From Candidatus Thorarchaeota archaeon (GTDB taxonomy: Archaea > Asgardarchaeota > Thorarchaeia > Thorarchaeales > Thorarchaeaceae), in assembly GCA_048882485.1 (NCBI GenBank), contig JBHLRP010000010.1:8431-72430 (forward strand): 64,000 nt of DNA. The letters run 5' to 3'. The notes under the pieces are model-generated. The model worked only from the letters and a program-made list of their open reading frames with translations, was not told the origin of the DNA and did no database searches. Position 1 is the stretch's first letter. Each line of letters opens with the position of its first letter. Made by a program: the position numbers and the translations under genes. Positions 40,009 to 50,700 of the stretch are shown here, piece by piece.

Positions 40009-40830
40009 ATGAACTATCCGCGTTTGACAAAGGCTAAGTGCTGCGGGAGAAGCCAATCTAGTATGTGTTTGCCAGGTATCACGGGCGAGCAGATGATTGC
40101 GGTTGATCACATTATGGTCAATGAACTGAAGGTTCCTATTGAGCTAATGATGGAGCAAGCCGGGCTTTGCTTAGCTAGACTTGCTGTAGCTTATTCGAGC
40201 CACAATGCTCCACGATATCATGTTGTAGTTGGTCCTGGTAACAACGGTGGTGGCGGACTAGTCGCTGCAAGGCGTCTAATCAACTGGAATCATGATGTGA
40301 CAATCATTATTCCAACGGGGTATAACAGTCTTCGTGCGGTTCCTATGACTCAGCTAGAGCGGCTCCAGAGAATGGGAGTATCTCCTGAGGAAGATATGCC
40401 AAATGACCTTCCAGAAGATACGACAGTGCTTGATGCATACATAGGCTATGGCTATCAGAAGAGAAACGATGCAGTAACAGCACAGGTGTTCGCCTCACTG
40501 ATAGGCCATAACCGAATCATATCGCTTGATTCCCCATCCGGATTGGATGTAACAACCGGAGTGAATGACAGTGGAATTAAGCCAATCTCTACACTCACGA
40601 TTGCATTCGTTAAGACGGGACTGCTCTTAGCCCCATCACGGGATATTGGCCAGCTGTATGTTTGTGATGTCGGTGTTCCCACAGAAATATACCTCAATCG
40701 TTTGGGAATCGATTGGTCATATCCGTATGATGCGAGTGCTATTGACAGACTAAATGATGCGTTTGCCATTGATCCCTTGACCAAAGCTCATGTGTCTTCA
40801 TCAAATAGCCATCATTGGTGGAATGTGTGA
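40009..40830 (+). CDS. nnrE: NAD(P)H-hydrate epimerase (YjeF N-terminal domain)
   Basis: LMMEQAG, GPGNNGGGG..AAR, DAYIGYG, SLDSPSG; start may be ATG 40062. Confidence 0.8.
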   Translation: MNYPRLTKAKCCGRSQSSMCLPGITGEQMIAVDHIMVNELKVPIELMMEQAGLCLARLAVAYSSHNAPRYHVVVGPGNNGGGGLVAARRLINWNHDVTIIIPTGYNSLRAVPMTQLERLQRMGVSPEEDMPNDLPEDTTVLDAYIGYGYQKRNDAVTAQVFASLIGHNRIISLDSPSGLDVTTGVNDSGIKPISTLTIAFVKTGLLLAPSRDIGQLYVCDVGVPTEIYLNRLGIDWSYPYDASAIDRLNDAFAIDPLTKAHVSSSNSHHWWNV

Positions 40831-40835
40831 TTCTC

Positions 40836-41507
40836 CTACCCCTCATAATCACAGGATGACGTCGCTATCATATCCTCATAGATGGATAAGTCCTGCAAAA
40901 ACGAATTCAGCAAGAACACTGGGACAATAGGAACGCCCTCATGGAAAACAACCTCTTCCACCATCCAAGTCACCAAAACTGGTTTCAATATGTATTGTCC
41001 AGTGGTCAGCCCATTCAGTCCTTTTGCCAAACGCGAGATCATCCCACAGAGTCTTTTCGTTCTCTCCTTCTGTTTTTCTGCTGCGGTTTTCAAAGCTGAT
41101 GACTTTCCAGTTCTGATGCCCCACATCTTTGCATCAATAGAAACTATGCTATTACCCCGAACGCCAATCACATCAATTTCCATTCCCCGAGTTTCAGCTG
41201 CGCCACGTTTCCTGAAACTCTCAACACATCGAAAGTTGTTCTCCACCAATATGCTTGCGACGAATCCCTCGAAGTCCTTCCATGTTAATAGGTCGACTAC
41301 ATCCTCAACTTCCGCTCCAATGGAAACCGCGCGAAGTGCCAAATCAATACGAAGTGCTCTCTCGATTTCCCAGGCGCCGGAGTCCAATCTTCGAGCTCTA
41401 ATTGCTTTCAGAACGCCATCAAGAGTACTCTCGGCGTCTTTGATGCAATTGTCTTCCTTGGACTCCTTCAGAATCCTCAATATATCTCCGAGAAGCATCT
41501 CCCTCAT
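40836..41507 (-). CDS. Mrr-like PD-(D/E)xK nuclease
   Basis: WKDFEGFVA, EIDVIG...IDAK. Confidence 0.7.
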   Translation of the reverse strand: MREMLLGDILRILKESKEDNCIKDAESTLDGVLKAIRARRLDSGAWEIERALRIDLALRAVSIGAEVEDVVDLLTWKDFEGFVASILVENNFRCVESFRKRGAAETRGMEIDVIGVRGNSIVSIDAKMWGIRTGKSSALKTAAEKQKERTKRLCGMISRLAKGLNGLTTGQYILKPVLVTWMVEEVVFHEGVPIVPVFLLNSFLQDLSIYEDMIATSSCDYEG

Positions 41508-41564
41508 GATATATCCTAGTAGCTCGCGCTAGTTTATAACCTCCATTGATGACAGACTTTCGGG

Positions 41565-42065
41565 ATGAACATGTCTGAAACGACAGAAGGTTGGCACAGA
41601 GTTCTAGGTGCTTTCGATAATTGGATTTATTACGAGAGTTCTGAATTCGGTCCTTGGACAGGGTATTTTTCGCTTGAGAACCTGAGGGGACTTACATCGG
41701 AAGAACGTCTTGGTTGGATGAATTCGATGTACGACGAGATTATTCCTGGCAGAGTTGATAAGGCGAAAGAAACAGCTGTGGCTTTAGAAGACTTCATGCC
41801 CTATATGCCCGATCCTGATGCTCGTGAGATTGTTCAATCAATGATTGACCTGAGTGATGTGATTCAAGGGGCAATGCTTCGTATGAGCGATGTTATTCAC
41901 ACCATGATGGATGAATACAAGACAAGTGCACTGGAGGAGGTTGTCCCCTATTTGACCTCCCTTGCTGAGATTGAGGAGGACATTCGACATCATATGAGTC
42001 TGTATAGTCAAGGATTTGCCAAATTGGGTTCACTTGGACTCGAGATACCTGATGAAATGTCGTGA
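41565..42065 (+). CDS. Acidic helical hypothetical protein
   Basis: Clean ORF filling the gap; no motif recognised. Confidence 0.55.
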   Translation: MNMSETTEGWHRVLGAFDNWIYYESSEFGPWTGYFSLENLRGLTSEERLGWMNSMYDEIIPGRVDKAKETAVALEDFMPYMPDPDAREIVQSMIDLSDVIQGAMLRMSDVIHTMMDEYKTSALEEVVPYLTSLAEIEEDIRHHMSLYSQGFAKLGSLGLEIPDEMS

Positions 42066-42215
42066 CCTTCACTTTATTACTCAAAATCGCGTTACTGCAA
42101 ACGCTTAAGTGCAATTGACTTGAGGCTGATTTTGACCCCCAAAACGAGGTGAAAAGCGAAATGGGTGTAGAAACGACAACCGCCGCCCATCGATGTCGGG
42201 TCGTACAGACTAGAG

Positions 42216-42608
42216 GTGAGTGCCAAATTCGCCAAAGAGGTGAATGTATTCTCTAGTGCCAACCAGGTATTCCAAGAGACTCACGAACCTTTCGTCAAGC
42301 CTTCTTTTGAGAGCCTCGCTGCATCATTCTTGTCTCTAGCAGATATGAGAATGAGTGAGACTCAGAAATACGTTCTGAGAGTGAGTGCCCAGCTGTTAAG
42401 GCATAATGATCTGACAGTGACGGCATTAGCAGACCAGGTATCACGCAGGGCTTCAGTTGCCTATAGCACTGTGAAATGGAATCTGCGATCCTTAATGGAC
42501 TTGGGTTTGCTATCTGGCGGTGATATGGAAAACAGAGGACAGCTGGCAAAGCTTACAGCAACTGCTGTAATGTTGGCTAACTTCCTCGAAGAACAGTATT
42601 ACAAGTGA
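42216..42608 (+). CDS. Winged-helix DNA-binding protein
   Basis: TVTALADQVS....VAYSTVKWNLRSLMDLGLL followed by wing LT. Confidence 0.7.
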   Translation: MSAKFAKEVNVFSSANQVFQETHEPFVKPSFESLAASFLSLADMRMSETQKYVLRVSAQLLRHNDLTVTALADQVSRRASVAYSTVKWNLRSLMDLGLLSGGDMENRGQLAKLTATAVMLANFLEEQYYK

Positions 42609-42655
42609 GAGGCGGGATCACCTTCGAGAGTAATCCCCTCTCATTCTCTTTTTTT
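42605..42655 (+). terminator. Hairpin plus U-tract terminator between convergent genes
   Basis: GTGAGAGG-CGGGATCAC...GTAATCCC-CTCTCAT followed by TCTCTTTTTTT. Confidence 0.6.
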
Positions 42656-42676
42656 CCACTGCTTGCCGCGGGTTGC

Positions 42677-42728
42677 AACCCGGCCTCCATCGACACCGCA
42701 TTACTTTAGGTGTAGATATCATCGGATT
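42677..42728 (-). promoter_or_regulatory. Eukaryote-type SECIS element overlapping the stop codon
   Basis: AAUCCG-A-UGAU-AUCUACACC-UAAAGUAAUGC-GGUGUCGAU-GGAG-GC-CGGGUU: helix I, AUGA/GA core, about 10-bp helix II, apical AAA. Confidence 0.75.
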
Positions 42729-43522
42729 TTCTTGTTGAAGAAGCCCCATGCCATATTGATGAGGCTTCGAACCTCGTCAAGACCGTGCGCGGAGGCGAGG
42801 ACAAGATCAACCGAACTGCTATCACCCGGCTTCAAATCACCTAGGTTGCACTGCAGACCGGTGGCAATGTCCTTCGGTCCCGCTTCGGGATTGTTCTTTA
42901 GGTCGCGCTTTTCTGATTCTACCTTGAGCTTCAGTGGAGATGATATCTCCCAGCCATCAGGACTCGGCTGTGAGGAAATGGCTACAGAAACCTGGCTTTC
43001 ATCATAGGCAATGACGATTCCGTTCTTTTCGTCATAGGTGCCCATGTCGTCTTTGTAGCTCATTGGACCTCCTATATCGAAGTCGAAGATGCTGTAGACC
43101 TTGAGGTCTTGGACCATGCTGGAACTGACGTTCGTTGTCGTATGCCGGAGTAGCAAGACAGGTTTGTTGTAGCTCCACAAATCAAGTGTGAAGTTGACCA
43201 CAGGTTCCTCGAATTCTTGAGGTGCGTGGCTCATCACTAGTCTTAGGCTACCTTTCTTCTGCTTTCGCTCCACGACAGCGATGGTGTCAGCTTCCGTCGA
43301 CTCGACGACAGCTACAGTCCCATCTGCGACATAAGACGCCCAGATACCGCCTTTATAGTCAGCAGGATTCTTGAGCAGTAGTCGTTCCTTTCCGGTGGGA
43401 TCTATCAGTCCGAGGCGTCTGATGTAGAAACCGATGCGACCTACGCCTCATGACGCACATTCAACAGCATAACTGATGTCGAGCCTTGGACGTCGGTTAC
43501 CGGTTTCAAAGATCTCGGACAT
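42719..43522 (-). CDS. Candidate selenoprotein, 267 aa, N-terminal CxxU motif (CASU) on a predicted beta-sandwich body
   Basis: ATG 43522; MSEIFETGNRRPRLDISYAVECAS-TGA(43450..43448)-GVGRIGFYIRRLG... continues in frame into track ORF 42719..43273; SECIS at 3' end. Confidence 0.8.
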
Positions 43523-43663
43523 GACCGACCACGTTCCTATGCTGATTTCTCCGAGTTTCCTAGAGTTAAAAGCTCTACCATACATAAGCCGCACAACTAC
43601 GCCTGGGTCACAAAGTTGATAAAGTGCACTCGGGAAACCCTTTCGAATCTCAGGTGGATTTCA

Positions 43664-44899
43664 ATGACGACCCTCACAATCGATCAGCTTCAGAAATGGT
43701 ATCGAAAGCGTCTAAGCAATATGTCCAAGGATTTCACGAAAAAGGCAGAAAAGAGCTACAGGATTGTAGAGCGGTCTTTGAAAGATATTCAGGATATATC
43801 TCGAAATCTGAAGGAACCAGGTGAAGATGATGACCCTGATTCCACAGGGATTGCTACGAGATTCGCAATGAAGATTGAAGACATTACAAATGATTTCTAT
43901 GTTGGTAAGGACATAACATATGAAAGCACCGAGTCACTTCAAGAAGGGATTCGAAGCTTCATCCAAGAACTCTGGGGTGCCGGCGCTCGTTGGATTAGAC
44001 GGATGGACAAGAAGCACAAGAGTACTATCAAGCAGCTAGATGTCAGCATGAAAGAACTTATGTCCGAGATGAACAAGATACAGAAGCTCCTTTACGAATT
44101 CAGCTGGCTGAAGGATTTAGAGCGTATAGGTGGTAGAATCCAGACTCTGCAAGATCTTGGCTTTAGTAAAGAGGTATACGAAGAGCAAATTCGTACAACT
44201 CGAGCAAAGATCGAAACAGCAATGACAGAATATGACTCAGCAAAGAAAGCCTATGAGGAATTCACTGAAACTTCAAATGTAGCTGATTTGCTGAACATCG
44301 ACTCTGAAGCAGACCATATTGCGAGTCTATTGAGAATGAAACTGAATCCCCTCAAGAAGCAGGTGAAGAAGTTCTTTCAACATGATACTGGAGTAAGAGT
44401 AGGTTCGACAGGGCAGAAGGCATTGAACGACTACTTCGAGAACCCCTATGATGCCATCGTGGAAGAGCCAATCGGCTATCCTGGATTATTGGAGGGATTA
44501 GCCGGTTTGAGAGAGGCAATTGAGAAAGGCAAGCTTCCTATGAAGGACCGGCTGGCAAGAAGGGCTATTGAGGAGGTCCAAGCCATCAGTAGTGGATCTC
44601 TGAGTGAGCTTCAGGAGAAAGCAAAGGAACTGGAAGAGAAACGTCATGCTTTTGCTGATTCTGATGTATACACGAAGAGTGCAAAACTGCAAGAGGAATT
44701 GAATGAAGCTGAGAGGAACTTGGAGTATCATCGAAGTGACATGCTAAGGATTAGAGATGATATCAATCGTGAGATTGATCGTGCAAAGGACTTCAAGGTG
44801 AGGATTGAATCCGAGATTCTAGAGTCCTTTGAGGAAAAGGTAAAGCTTCAGATAGAGATTTCTCTTGAGCCCCTTCTCGAGAAGACCAAAACTGCATAG
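43664..44899 (+). CDS. Coiled-coil protein of unknown function
   Basis: Heptad-rich; AGGTGG RBS before ATG 43664 (track start 43616). Confidence 0.65.
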   Translation: MTTLTIDQLQKWYRKRLSNMSKDFTKKAEKSYRIVERSLKDIQDISRNLKEPGEDDDPDSTGIATRFAMKIEDITNDFYVGKDITYESTESLQEGIRSFIQELWGAGARWIRRMDKKHKSTIKQLDVSMKELMSEMNKIQKLLYEFSWLKDLERIGGRIQTLQDLGFSKEVYEEQIRTTRAKIETAMTEYDSAKKAYEEFTETSNVADLLNIDSEADHIASLLRMKLNPLKKQVKKFFQHDTGVRVGSTGQKALNDYFENPYDAIVEEPIGYPGLLEGLAGLREAIEKGKLPMKDRLARRAIEEVQAISSGSLSELQEKAKELEEKRHAFADSDVYTKSAKLQEELNEAERNLEYHRSDMLRIRDDINREIDRAKDFKVRIESEILESFEEKVKLQIEISLEPLLEKTKTA

Positions 44900-44911
44900 A
44901 CTCTTGGTGAT

Positions 44912-45739
44912 TTGATGAGAGTCCTGGTGACTTCCACTGAAGATACAGCAAGCCAGACGATTGCTAAAGCCCTCCGCGATGAGTATGAATTCGAAAGGAC
45001 GGATGAACTGTTCGAGGGTAATCCGGTCTACAAGCTGGATGAATCTGCGCTACTCATCACAATAAACCAAGACATGATTCATTCAGGCTACCTAGAGGAG
45101 CATTTTCAAGCTGAGGTGTTCATCTATTGCTCTCGCCATCGAGCTGCATCAGGGAAACCTGCTCTTCTCGTTCATAGTACAGGGAATTTCGGTCCTCAAG
45201 CGGACTTTGGAGGAAGACCCAGGCAGCTATCAGTTTCAGCTCCATCCCTTGTTTCGATTGCCCTCAAGAGTCTCAACCAACAAAAGATCGAACGGAATCT
45301 GAGTGAGTTTGATGTAACATTGGAAGTCACACATCATGGTCCCACATCACTGAATACTCCTCTTCTTTTTGTGGAGCTTGGCAGCGATGAGAAGTATTGG
45401 AGCCATGAGGAAGGAGCACAGGCAGTTGCCGCATCAGTGATGAATTGTGTCAAAGAACCAATGACTGGTGATGCCTCAATTGGATTCGGCGGGACTCATT
45501 ATGCCAGCAAATTCAACAAACTTGTGCTTGAGAAAGATGTCACGATTGGACATATGGCTCCAAAATACGCATTGAACGAGATTACGGAGGGTGTTGTTTC
45601 TCAGATGTTGAAACGGAGTGCTCAAGGAATAACACAAGCAATCATTGACTGGAAAGGAACTAATGCTGAGAACAAGGCTGTGCTATTTCCGATTCTGGAG
45701 GACCTCGGCATTCCTGTCGTACGAGCCAGTAAACTATAG
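44912..45739 (+). CDS. dtdA: Archaeal D-aminoacyl-tRNA deacylase
   Basis: SRH....PAL.VHSTGN, LEVTHHGP, FVELGS, GFGGTHYA. Confidence 0.92.
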   Translation: MMRVLVTSTEDTASQTIAKALRDEYEFERTDELFEGNPVYKLDESALLITINQDMIHSGYLEEHFQAEVFIYCSRHRAASGKPALLVHSTGNFGPQADFGGRPRQLSVSAPSLVSIALKSLNQQKIERNLSEFDVTLEVTHHGPTSLNTPLLFVELGSDEKYWSHEEGAQAVAASVMNCVKEPMTGDASIGFGGTHYASKFNKLVLEKDVTIGHMAPKYALNEITEGVVSQMLKRSAQGITQAIIDWKGTNAENKAVLFPILEDLGIPVVRASKL

Positions 45740-45833
45740 TCGACTGTTATTACACAGTCTCAAATGCAGTACGAAAATCTAAATATGCAGGGGCTATCCT
45801 CCACACAGCGGCCACACAGGTTGGGGTGCTTTC

Positions 45834-46754
45834 ATGCCTGGCGACAAATCCGAAGCAGCTCTTGAATCCATTGAAGAGAAAATTGACAAGGTCACAGATG
45901 AGCTCGCTTCCGTCAAGAAGGAATTGGCGGAATTATCTTCAGTGAAAGGTATCGAAAAGAAGATTGAAACAATGTCCTCCGACTTAGTTGAAGTCCGTGA
46001 CTCGAAGGAGATGGAAGTTCTCTTCAAGAAGATGGATGACATCCTCGTTGGACTATCGGATCTTAGTACTGAAGTGAGCAATTCCAGCACAGCAGACGAT
46101 GTTGGAAAGAAGATTGAAGAATTGGTTGGTTCTCTTGATGGTGAAGCTATCACTAAGAAGATTGATGACCTGCAGCAATACGTTGCTGGCCTTTCTGGCC
46201 TCGAGGAAACAGTTCAAGAAGTGTCGGGATCCCTCACAGAAACGAAAGAAATAGTTGGAATAATTGTCCGTCAGCTTGATGACATAGAGCGCAAGTACAA
46301 CCTAGCTATTGATAAAATTGAAGAAGCACTGGAAACACTAACTAGTCTTCCTGCACCTGAATCGGCTGAATCCGCTGAGAAACCAGCGAAGAAGCCAGCC
46401 AAGAAGACGGTCAAGGAGAAAGCAGAGGAGGAAAAAGAAGAAAAGGAGGAAAAGGAGCCTCCCCCGAAGAAGGTCAGCATGTCTACTATTGAAGAGATTA
46501 TGAAGGGGCTTCTGAAAGAAGTGACTCCTCAGACAGAGGCTCGCGAAATGGCTCGCGTTTTGGAAGAAACTCGTGATAAGCTGACCACAATGATCTCTGG
46601 ACATACCCCTGTTCTCTTCCAGTTTGGCAAGAAGGCAAGAGAACTCAAGTCATATCCACCTACTGCGACTCTCAATGAGAATGACATAGCAAATCTGAAC
46701 ACAGAGATTCGCAATTGGGCCACCAAGCTTAAAGAGATGGCGAAGACAAGTTAA
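45834..46754 (+). CDS. Coiled-coil protein with K/E/P-rich linker and helical C-terminal domain
   Basis: Heptads, then EKPAKKPAKK...EEKEEKEEKEPPPKK. Confidence 0.6.
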   Translation: MPGDKSEAALESIEEKIDKVTDELASVKKELAELSSVKGIEKKIETMSSDLVEVRDSKEMEVLFKKMDDILVGLSDLSTEVSNSSTADDVGKKIEELVGSLDGEAITKKIDDLQQYVAGLSGLEETVQEVSGSLTETKEIVGIIVRQLDDIERKYNLAIDKIEEALETLTSLPAPESAESAEKPAKKPAKKTVKEKAEEEKEEKEEKEPPPKKVSMSTIEEIMKGLLKEVTPQTEAREMARVLEETRDKLTTMISGHTPVLFQFGKKARELKSYPPTATLNENDIANLNTEIRNWATKLKEMAKTS

Positions 46755-46930
46755 GCTTCTCTCTATTATCTGAAATGCTACTCAGATGTCGATTGAAAGG
46801 CATGTCACCTGCCATAAACTTATCAAACTGAAATGCGCATTCGCATTTGGAGCCTTATGTGCTGCACATGAACTGGTCGAGGTCATGCAGACTGCCTCAG
46901 GTCACTCAAAAGTCTGAACCATAATCAGAG

Positions 46931-47758
46931 TTGAATCGATTAATGAAGCTAAAGAAGCATGCTAATGAACTTGCGACGCGAATGGAGCTTTTAGACCTCC
47001 CTGCAGATAGTCAACTGGCCAGGGAGTTCATAGAGCTTTATGAGGAGCGATGCCGCGAATGTCAGGAGGATCGCCTCGGTTGCACCGTAAGACCAGCCTG
47101 CAACAACCGCAATTTTCTCAACATGCTGATAGAGATAGGTGTTGAGCCCGAGGACCTACCGAGCTTCTGCTACAGTCAATACTTGGAGCAGCTAAAGCGT
47201 TTCATTCTTGAGAGAAAAGGAAGAGGCATGATAGATAGGCGTCTACAGACGAAAGACTTTCTTTCGACCCTGAGAGTCAGTTCAATCAAGCATTTTGTTT
47301 CTCGATTCAAGAAAATCTGGAAAACCACCTCCGATGTCCAAGAGGATAATATCATGCTTGTTGCAGGAGATGATTTGATTTTCCATTTTGATTTTGCAAG
47401 GGGCATTGTCATTGTGAATCCTAGTCATCATGAGGTTAATTCCTTCCAAGTCTTCAGGATGTACGTGGAGCTATTGTCAAAGCATTATGGCATTAATGCA
47501 TCTGTATCAGATTTGGCAATCAACTGGTGGCTTCTAACTATCGAACTTGATGGTGTGAAGCCCCCGAAAGAAGGGTCTCTGCTAGAGGAGAATACCCTCC
47601 AAAAATACGAAGATCTGCATATTGACATGGCTAACGGTTCTGGGCACATTGAGGCTGAGGTTATTTCGAATGGAGACAAATCTCCATTTGAGGTACAGGA
47701 TTTGGTTTCTCTATTTGAAAGAGTTGCCAAATCCAAACGACGTAAGAAGTCGGAGTAG
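46931..47758 (+). CDS. Hypothetical protein with 4-Cys cluster
   Basis: CRECQEDRLGCTVRPAC motif. Confidence 0.55.
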   Translation: MNRLMKLKKHANELATRMELLDLPADSQLAREFIELYEERCRECQEDRLGCTVRPACNNRNFLNMLIEIGVEPEDLPSFCYSQYLEQLKRFILERKGRGMIDRRLQTKDFLSTLRVSSIKHFVSRFKKIWKTTSDVQEDNIMLVAGDDLIFHFDFARGIVIVNPSHHEVNSFQVFRMYVELLSKHYGINASVSDLAINWWLLTIELDGVKPPKEGSLLEENTLQKYEDLHIDMANGSGHIEAEVISNGDKSPFEVQDLVSLFERVAKSKRRKKSE

Positions 47759-47791
47759 TCCAGACCTGGGCTGCTTCTTGAATCACTAGCG

Positions 47792-50700
47792 GTGGGATTC
47801 ATCTTGAGTGGAAATGTAGTAGCTGAAAGCATTCCAGTATTAAAGAGAAGTTTGGGAATAACGAATATTGAAGCTAAGGCAATCCTCCCTGTGTTTGCCG
47901 GTGGCAACATGACAGCTGGCGGGGTTTCTATAGCTTCGGGAGAGCCTCTCAAAAAGGTTGAGAGTGCATTGGCCCGGTTGGAAAAGAAAGGACTCGTGAC
48001 GCGAATTGAAGGCGTGGTGCCAATTTTCCGCCTGTCACCATCTATCTTCGCATTGGAGGGAACATTGTCTTCAGTGCGGGATGATTTACAGGTCAACTTG
48101 GAAGATATCCAGAAACTGTTTGACGGCCATCTCAAAGGAATTGACGAATCAGTCAATGCGGTTTCTGACCTGCACAAAAATACCATGAACGACGGGAAAG
48201 TTGCATTTCAAACGTACGAAACCGATATGGTCGCAGCTGTTCAGTCACAGGTGGACATAATCACGTCAATTGCCACTGAAGCACTCGCCGCGTTCACAAA
48301 GAGTATTGAAGAATCAATAAAGACATTCGACCTTTCTCTCGATGATGGATTAGGCACTCGGCTCTCAGCACTTCAGCTTGAGCTTGACAAGAGCCAGAAG
48401 GAGCTTGGAATCGCGGCAACTAACATCTCTAAGAGCTTCGAAAAATGGCTCACCTCAGAGGGTAAGTCTACCACCACCGCAATGAAGGCTCTGGAGAAAG
48501 AGGTGCTTTCACTAACCCAGACATTGAGTGATTCAGTTTCCAAAGCATTGAACACCTCAAAAGCTGCTCTGGATGTAACTGTCAGTGCATTAGCTGATGA
48601 AATTCTAGCAAAATCCACCGCTTCATCAGATGATGCAATTACTTCTATTGGTGAAGCCACAAGAGCACTAGACGACACTATCTCTGGCATGGACTCAGAT
48701 CTTGCTGCAGCTTTCCTTGCGGCAGAGGAAACACTGCAAGGAATCACTACCAAGGGTCGTTCAGACATCGCCGAAGAATCGGAAGCAGCTAGAACTCGGA
48801 TAGCAGCAGCTCTTGAAATTTGTGAAGCAGCAAAAGCAGCTATTGGGGCTTGGAGGGAAGAAGTAGCCACATTTGGTGATGTTGCGATGCAGTCTTTGCG
48901 ACTTCAACTCGATAGAGTTAGCGCCACTGAGAATGATTACTTAGAAAACGTGAAGACTGCGGTGCGAGGGAATCTCGAGAAGACACAAGCTCATTTTGCG
49001 AGTGAGTATCAAACCCTAAAAGAGATGTCTATAGAGGGCATCACGCAGTTTGAAGCTCATCTAAACAGTTGCCGTACCTCGACATTGGACCTCCTGAAGA
49101 AGCAGCTGAACTCACAAGAGAAAGATCTCGATTCCACCAATCTCGAGATTAGGTCCAACGTCGATAAGTGGTCTGCAAGCACAACGAAGAATGTAGACGC
49201 CAAATTATCAAGGATTATTACCGATGTCAGCAAGATTCTGGAAACAGAAGTTTCTGAAATGGACACTCTTGTTGATTCCATTGACAGTAGACTCAAATCC
49301 GCATTCAGCACCGTGATGTCTACGTCATCAACAAAGAATGCATCCGCTCTAGCCTCAGTAAAGAAGTCAACTCATGACTTCGAATCCGAAATTGGAACAC
49401 ATCTTTCTGAGCTTAGTGCGGGATATGTATCAACCACACGCTCTCACATACGAGATGCCAAAGCACTTTACGAAAATCTAAATGAGAAACTTGATGAACG
49501 ACTGGTTCAAAGTGTAGGCACTCTTACAAGTCAGGCCAATAAGGTACAGAGAGAGATAGACAAGGCTCTGGCGGGCCAGGTGGAGCGTATTGACCAGCAT
49601 GCATTGGGAATACGAGAGGAGCTTCATGTTCATCTTGAAGATTTGGCACAGCAATTCACTAACCTCATCAAGGGATTGGAGGCAACATTCAATGGATTCC
49701 TCTCCAGCCAGACATCTGAGGCGAGAGACCTCATTGCTTCTGCACATACTGAGTTCAAGGGCGCTTTGAAAACTGAAATAGCATCGCTACAAGAAGACTC
49801 AAAGCTACTCCAAGAAGATTTCTCATCACAGTGGGGCGGGCGCATTGATGAGCTCGTGGGAGCCGCTGAGACGATCAAGAATGCTCTCGATGAATTAGCT
49901 ACAAGCAAACGAACCGAAATCTCGGAGTCTATGGCGGATACGCTTCACCGAATTGAAGATGCAGTCAGGAGCACAGAGGATGCGCTCAATGAGATGGAAA
50001 CTGGCACAATCCATCAATTTGGGGAGAATCTACATCAGGTTTCAAGGGAGTTCAGTGCAACTGTCACAGGTGCTCGAGACAACATAGCTGAGCGCATTTC
50101 AAACATCAAGGAATCAACTCAGGACGGCATAGCAAAGAGTACAGGGAAACTCCTTGAACTAGTAGACACCTACACAACAGGACAGCGAGAGTCGGGAAAC
50201 CTTCTGCTAGCAGACACCAGCAAGAAGATGGACAACCTCGCATCTCAGCTTGTAAAATCCTCGAATTCCAATGTTCAAGCATTTCAAAACTCTCTCGCTG
50301 AGAAAGAAACCTCTCGGCTGGAATCAGCAAGGGCAATTAGGGAAGAAGCATTGACGGCAATTGAGGATAGAAGAAATGAAGTCGCTCTGGCCTTCACTGG
50401 CGCCTCAGAAACAATCGAGACCTCCTCATCCAATCTAGTATCCTCCCTTGAGCAGCTTTCCAATAAGCTTGAAGGTGAGATTACCACGCTTGGAAACAAG
50501 TTGGAGAAAGCCGCAGATACGACTGCTGCAAAGGTTCTGGAACGTGGGGAGAAGAATCTGAAGGTAGTCGAGACCAAAAGCCGTGCCCTCTTCAAGAAGA
50601 CAGAATCTGAGATAAAAGGTAGGGCTGTGCAGTTTGGTGATGATGGATTGGATGTTCTTACTAAGGCGGCTGAGGCGCTATCTGACCTGCCTAATACATT

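Noticed and set aside
40882-41532. Long antisense ORFs (this 216-aa ORF, and also 47485..48186, 50284..50922, 53646..54191)
   Set aside because: They are shadow frames of better-supported genes on the opposite strand, Ser-rich and motif-free.
42605-42650. Minus-strand ATGA-containing hairpin as an alternative SECIS
   Set aside because: It lacks the 3' GA of the core and is better explained as a terminator for the plus-strand wHTH gene.
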